From Candidatus Saccharimonadota bacterium (GTDB lineage Bacteria; Bacteroidota; Bacteroidia; Flavobacteriales; Blattabacteriaceae), in NCBI RefSeq assembly GCF_014252415.1, contig NZ_CP059223.1, positions 540,001-572,000 of the forward strand: 32,000 nt of DNA, in the 5' to 3' direction. The translations under genes were made by a program, and so were the position numbers. Every line of letters begins with the position of its first letter. Within the stretch, counting starts at the first letter, position 1. The notes under the pieces were generated by a model. The model ran no database searches, was not told the origin of the DNA, and worked only from the letters and a program-made list of their open reading frames with translations. Positions 28,492 through 32,000 of this stretch are shown here, piece after piece.

Positions 28492-28598
28492 AAATATAAT
28501 AGAATTAAGATAACAATAAAAAAATTTATTATTTATATTTAAAATAAATTATATTATTATTATATTGTTATATTGACATTATTCTTAATATTTTTAAA

Positions 28599-28673
28599 GG
28601 TCCCATAGCTCAGATTGGTTAGAGCATCTGACTCATAATCAGGAGGTCGCTGGTTCAAATCCAGCTGGGACCA
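28599..28673 (+). tRNA. tRNA with anticodon CAU; probably tRNA-Ile2 (lysidine-modified), isotype tentative
   Basis: GGTCCCA TA GCTC AGATTGGTTA GAGC A TCTGA CTCATAA TCAGG AGGTC GCTGG TTCAAAT CCAGC TGGGACC A, 75 nt with no CCA. The acceptor (GGNCCC) and T-arm (GCTGGTTCAA.TCCAGC) closely resemble E. coli ileX as I recall it. Confidence 0.9.
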
Positions 28674-28683
28674 TTATAGTATA

Positions 28684-28758
28684 TAACTGGAGAGGGATTC
28701 GAACCCACAACTTACAGTTTAGGAAACTGTTGTTCTATCCTATTTGAACTATCCAGTT
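28684..28758 (-). tRNA. tRNA-Arg (anticodon CCU)
   Basis: Minus-strand sequence AACTGGA TA GTTC AAATAGGATA GAAC A ACAGT TTCCTAA ACTGT AAGTT GTGGG TTCGAAT CCCTC TCCAGTT A. The acceptor, D and anticodon stems are perfect. It is 75 nt with no CCA and lies 8 nt downstream of the rpmA stop. Confidence 0.9.
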
Positions 28759-28766
28759 TCTTCTAC

Positions 28767-29024
28767 TTATTTAGGTTCTACAATATAAACAAATGATTTA
28801 TTATTTTTTCTTTTTTTAAATTTTACTATTCCATTTTTTAATGCATAAAGAGTATGATCCTTTCCAATGCCAACATTTTTACCTGGATGATGTTTAGTTC
28901 CTCTTTGTCGAATTATTATATTTCCTATGGAAATACGTTGATCACCATAGATTTTTACTCCTAATCTTCTTCCAGAGGAGTCTCTTCCATTTCTAGAACT
29001 CCCAGATCCTTTTTTTTGAGCCAT
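28767..29024 (-). CDS. rpmA: 50S ribosomal protein L27
   Basis: [27 protein letters not shown].. and ..[26 protein letters not shown]... Confidence 0.96.
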   Translation of the reverse strand: MAQKKGSGSSRNGRDSSGRRLGVKIYGDQRISIGNIIIRQRGTKHHPGKNVGIGKDHTLYALKNGIVKFKKRKNNKSFVYIVEPK

Positions 29025-29029
29025 TTTTT

Positions 29030-29344
29030 TTATTTTTTTTCTTTAAAAGAAATTATTTTTATTTTTGAAAAAATTGGTCTAAATCCATTTTTTTTTTTAT
29101 ATCCCTTTCTTCTCTTTTTTTTAAAAATAATTATTTTATTTCCTTTTATATGTTTTAGAACTTGAACTTTAACACTTATATTATTCAAATATGGATTTCC
29201 AATACTAATTAATCCATTTTTATAAAATAAAAGAATTTTATATATATAAAACTCATCTCCTAATTTTTTTTTTGATAAAAAAGGAATATAAACATATTTA
29301 TTTTCAATTAATTTTAATTGGTTACCATATAAATCAGCAATCAT
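29030..29344 (-). CDS. rplU: 50S ribosomal protein L21 (the ORF is open to the ATG at 29368, which overlaps the sufS TGA as ATGA; the start is ambiguous)
   Basis: It lies immediately upstream of rpmA, the conserved rplU-rpmA pair. [12 protein letters not shown].. resembles the MYAIVE.GGKQ.KV start, and a basic ..[17 protein letters not shown].. block is present. Confidence 0.85.
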   Translation of the reverse strand: MIADLYGNQLKLIENKYVYIPFLSKKKLGDEFYIYKILLFYKNGLISIGNPYLNNISVKVQVLKHIKGNKIIIFKKKRRKGYKKKNGFRPIFSKIKIISFKEKK

Positions 29345-29364
29345 ATAATTATTTACAATATCAT

Positions 29365-30603
29365 TCATAATCGTTTTAACATTTTTTTTGCTTTTATTAA
29401 ACTATCAAATAAATAATCAATTTCTTCAAATGTATTATAAATAGAAAAACTAATACGAATCATACCATTTATTTTGAAAAAATTCATTAACGGTTGTGCA
29501 CAAAGATATCCTGTTCTAACAGCTATTCCTAAACGATCCAAAATAGATCCTACATCAAAACAATGTAATTTATTTAAATTAAATGAAATAATACTAGATT
29601 TTTTATCTATTTTATTTATTTTTCCATATATATATATATCATTAATTTTTTCTAACTTATTTATAGCATATTTTACTAATTTTTTTTCGTAATTTTGAAT
29701 ATTTTTTAATCCTATTTTTCTAATAAAATTTATAGATTCTCCTAAAACAAATATTCCTTCTATATTTGGAGTACCAGCCTCAAATTTAAATGGAACACAA
29801 GAAAATGTAGTTTTTTCTAAACTTACATTTTTAATCATTTCTCCTCCAAATTGATAGGGATTAATACATTTCAGTATATCTTTTTTTCCATATAAAATAC
29901 CAACTCCTGTTGGACCATACATTTTATGTCCAGAGAAAACATAAAAATCTACATCTAATTCCTGCATATTTAAACATAAATGTGAAACAGCCTGGGCGCC
30001 ATCAATTAAAACCCAAGCACCAAATTTATGAGATTTATCAATAATATATTTAATTGGATTAATAATACCTAATACATTAGATATATGACATATAGATACT
30101 ATTTTAGTTTTTTTTGAAATTAATGATTCAAATTTGTTTAAATCAATAACACCATTTTTATTAATTGGTATAATTTTTAGAATTGATTTTTGTATATTAC
30201 AGATATTTTGCCATGGTACGATGTTAGAATGATGTTCAATATGAGAAATTAATATTTCATCTCCTTTATTTATAAAATTACTAATACTAGATGCAACTAA
30301 ATTAATAGATTCCGTAGTTCCTTTTGTAAAAATAATTTCAGAATCATATTTTGCACAAATAAATTTTTGAATATTTTTTCTTACATTTTCTATAGATAAG
30401 GTAGATTTTCTAGATAGAAAATGCATAGACCTATGAACATTTGAATTTATTTTTGAATAAAAAAATTTTGAAGATTCAATTACTTTTTTTGGTTTTTGAG
30501 TAGTAGCTGCGTTATCAAAATATATTAATGATTTATTATATATTTTTTCTTTTAAAATAGGAAATTCATTTCTAATTTTTTCTATATTTTTTTTGGATAA
30601 CAT
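29365..30603 (-). CDS. sufS: Cysteine desulfurase SufS (class V aminotransferase)
   Basis: ..YFDNAATTQKP.., ..HHSNIVPWQ.., PLP-lysine ..FSGHKMYGPTGVG.. and active-site Cys ..RTGYLCAQP... TGA stop. Confidence 0.93.
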   Translation of the reverse strand: MLSKKNIEKIRNEFPILKEKIYNKSLIYFDNAATTQKPKKVIESSKFFYSKINSNVHRSMHFLSRKSTLSIENVRKNIQKFICAKYDSEIIFTKGTTESINLVASSISNFINKGDEILISHIEHHSNIVPWQNICNIQKSILKIIPINKNGVIDLNKFESLISKKTKIVSICHISNVLGIINPIKYIIDKSHKFGAWVLIDGAQAVSHLCLNMQELDVDFYVFSGHKMYGPTGVGILYGKKDILKCINPYQFGGEMIKNVSLEKTTFSCVPFKFEAGTPNIEGIFVLGESINFIRKIGLKNIQNYEKKLVKYAINKLEKINDIYIYGKINKIDKKSSIISFNLNKLHCFDVGSILDRLGIAVRTGYLCAQPLMNFFKINGMIRISFSIYNTFEEIDYLFDSLIKAKKMLKRL

Positions 30604-30611
30604 TTTTTTTT

Positions 30612-31907
30612 CTATAAAAATTTTTCCAATTTTTTACTGATATTATTACATATATAATTTCCAATTTTTATATCCATTTTTTTTATTATTTCATTAAAAA
30701 AAGAAAATAATAATAAAATTTTACTATTTTTTTCAGATATTCCTCTAGATTTTAAATAAAGTAATTCAGATTTTTTAATATTTCCTATTGTACAACCATG
30801 AGAACATTTAACATTTTTAGAAAAGATTTTTAATTGAGGTTTAGCATAAATTTTAGATTCTTTTGACATTAAAATATTATTATTTTTTTGAAACGCATTT
30901 ATTTCCTCTATATTTTTATTTATTTTAATATTTCCATTAAAAATTCCATTAGATTTTTTAAAAAAAATACTTTTATATAATTGAAAACTCTTAGAATAAG
31001 AGTATTTATGATTTATAAAAGTAGAATGATTTATAGATTCATTATTAGATGATATAGATAATCCATATAAACATGATTTAGATTTTTTTCCATTAGAAAT
31101 AATATTTAAATTATTTTTAATTATTTTTCCTTTTAATGAAAAAGTAAAAATATTACATCTACTATTTTTTTTTTGATTAAAAAAAGTATTATCAATTACG
31201 GATAAATTATTTATTTTATCTTGTATTTTATAATAATCGATTTTACTAAAATCTAAACTATAAATCTCATTAACTAAATTTATAAAATTAGGATTTTTAT
31301 CATAACATTTATAATGTTCAATAATCTTAACATAAGAATTTTTCCCTACTATTATTAATACTCTAGGATTAAATATTGTATTTTTTTTATTTGTAAAAAT
31401 ATGTAAAATTTCTATTGGTTTTTTTAAAAAAGTATTATCCGGGACTTCAATATACATTCCATTTTTTGAAAAAATAGTATTTAAACTGCAAAATACATCA
31501 TATTTTTTATGACACAATTTTCCATAAAAATTATGTATTTTATTGGATAATAATTTTTTAATATTTATATATTTTTGATGATATAGATCAATATATTTTC
31601 CATTTAAAAAAACAAATAAAAATGATTTTTTTGTTAGATAAAAAAGATCTAATTTTTTTTCTATGTGATTTATATCATATATTTTTTTTTGTTTAAAATT
31701 TTCAAATAATAAATTATAATTTTTATTAAAAATTGAATAAATATTTTTTTCGTTCCAATTTTTTATAAATGGGGATTCCTTTGAAGAAAAATTTAAACCT
31801 TTTTTTATATAAAGATCAATATTTTCTTTTTTTATAGAAGATAAATCATAATTATTTTTTTGAATAATCTTCTTAATTAAAAAATTGATTTGATCTCTTA
31901 AAATCAT
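30612..31907 (-). CDS. sufD: Fe-S cluster assembly protein SufD
   Basis: 431-aa ORF between sufC and sufS, with the C-terminal beta-helix signature ..KPQLKIFSKNVKCSHGCTIG.. and ..LLYLKSRGI... Confidence 0.85.
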   Translation of the reverse strand: MILRDQINFLIKKIIQKNNYDLSSIKKENIDLYIKKGLNFSSKESPFIKNWNEKNIYSIFNKNYNLLFENFKQKKIYDINHIEKKLDLFYLTKKSFLFVFLNGKYIDLYHQKYINIKKLLSNKIHNFYGKLCHKKYDVFCSLNTIFSKNGMYIEVPDNTFLKKPIEILHIFTNKKNTIFNPRVLIIVGKNSYVKIIEHYKCYDKNPNFINLVNEIYSLDFSKIDYYKIQDKINNLSVIDNTFFNQKKNSRCNIFTFSLKGKIIKNNLNIISNGKKSKSCLYGLSISSNNESINHSTFINHKYSYSKSFQLYKSIFFKKSNGIFNGNIKINKNIEEINAFQKNNNILMSKESKIYAKPQLKIFSKNVKCSHGCTIGNIKKSELLYLKSRGISEKNSKILLLFSFFNEIIKKMDIKIGNYICNNISKKLEKFL

Positions 31908-31920
31908 TTATATTTAAATA

Positions 31921-32000
31921 TTATTTATTTAATGATTCAATCCAATTATAACCTTTATTTTCAAGTTCATTAACTAATTCTTTTTTTCCAGATATCATAA
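31921..32000 (-). CDS. sufC: Fe-S cluster assembly ATPase SufC, C-terminal 25 codons (the gene starts beyond the window end)
   Basis: Hand translation gives ..MISGKKELVNELENKGYNWIESLNK*, which matches the SufC C-terminal pattern (..G.kELa.eLE.kGY.Wi..) and the suf operon context. Confidence 0.75.
   Translation of the reverse strand, partial: MISGKKELVNELENKGYNWIESLNK

Noticed and set aside
28573-28591. A TTGACA hexamer and a TAATAT-like element just upstream of tRNA(CAU) that resemble a sigma-70 promoter.
   Set aside because: The spacing between the two elements is only about 7 nt instead of about 17. Bacteroidetes also use a different consensus (TTTG / TAnnTTTG). This is probably chance.
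1175-29692. Eight ORF-track entries lying antisense to, and inside, well-supported genes: 1175-1384 (in prfB), 5123-5488 (cmk/fabG), 11464-11661 (DUF2795 gene), 12107-12367 (fmt), 19321-19506 (gapA), 21191-21541 (lepA), 22661-22864 (sucD) and 29474-29692 (sufS).
   Set aside because: All are shadow ORFs on the opposite strand of genes with strong motif evidence. Their translations are low-complexity Phe/Ile/Leu/Ser-rich strings, as expected from reading Lys/Asn/Glu-rich AT-biased genes backwards, and I recognise no motifs in them.
1-32000. Possible UGA-to-Trp recoding, as seen in some extremely reduced symbiont genomes.
   Set aside because: TGA sits exactly at the expected C-termini of cmk, glyQS and sufS. 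Conserved Trp positions use TGG. prfB (RF2) is intact. All long ORFs are uninterrupted under the standard code.
1-32000. A search for CRISPR arrays, transposases or IS elements, integrases, prophage genes, toxin-antitoxin pairs, defence islands, or a cluster of adjacent unknown genes that could form a novel system.
   Set aside because: I saw no repeat-spacer periodicity, terminal inverted repeats or recombinase-like ORFs. Every ORF above about 60 codons is either a recognisable housekeeping gene or a shadow ORF. The unknowns (DUF2795-like, HsdR_N-like, micro-ORF) are isolated single genes rather than a system, so I report them individually and do not claim a new multi-gene system.

Overview
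This window is extremely AT-rich, tightly packed and almost entirely housekeeping. I can account for 32 protein-coding genes (two run off the window edges) and 4 tRNA genes, with very short spacers. Gene content: clpB, prfB, speA-speB, cmk, fabG, menD, sanA-like, secA, a DUF2795-like small protein, fmt, HU, pdxH, pheT, glyQS, trxB, an HsdR_N-like protein, gapA, lepA, pth, sucD, an LpxC-FabZ fusion, rpmH, an M14 peptidase, a CPBP protease, rnz, rbfA, rpmA, rplU and sufS-sufD-sufC. The LpxC-FabZ fusion, the DUF2795 and HsdR_N-like proteins, the lysine- and asparagine-rich protein compositions and the long poly(A) runs suggest a reduced Flavobacteriales insect endosymbiont genome, Blattabacterium-like. 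That identification is inference from memory, not a search. The genetic code looks standard: TGA ends cmk, glyQS and sufS, Trp is TGG, and RF2 is retained. I found no CRISPR array, mobile element, defence island or obviously novel multi-gene system, and I do not want to overstate that. The observations most worth a second look are: (1) a sanA-like gene whose membrane-anchor N-terminus and conserved body lie in different frames that meet in an 8-nt homopolymer; (2) a 77-aa acidic DUF2795-like gene that forms a sharp GC and composition island; (3) a stand-alone PD-(D/E)xK HsdR_N-like protein with intact catalytic residues; (4) 11-13 nt poly(A) runs inside intact genes; (5) a tRNA-Arg(CCG) with an expanded, weakened D-arm; (6) the largest spacer (lpxC/fabZ to rpmH), which holds a hairpin-embedded 22-codon hydrophobic micro-ORF; (7) PheT lacking its N-terminal tRNA-binding domain. 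All translations outside the ORF track and all counts were done by hand.
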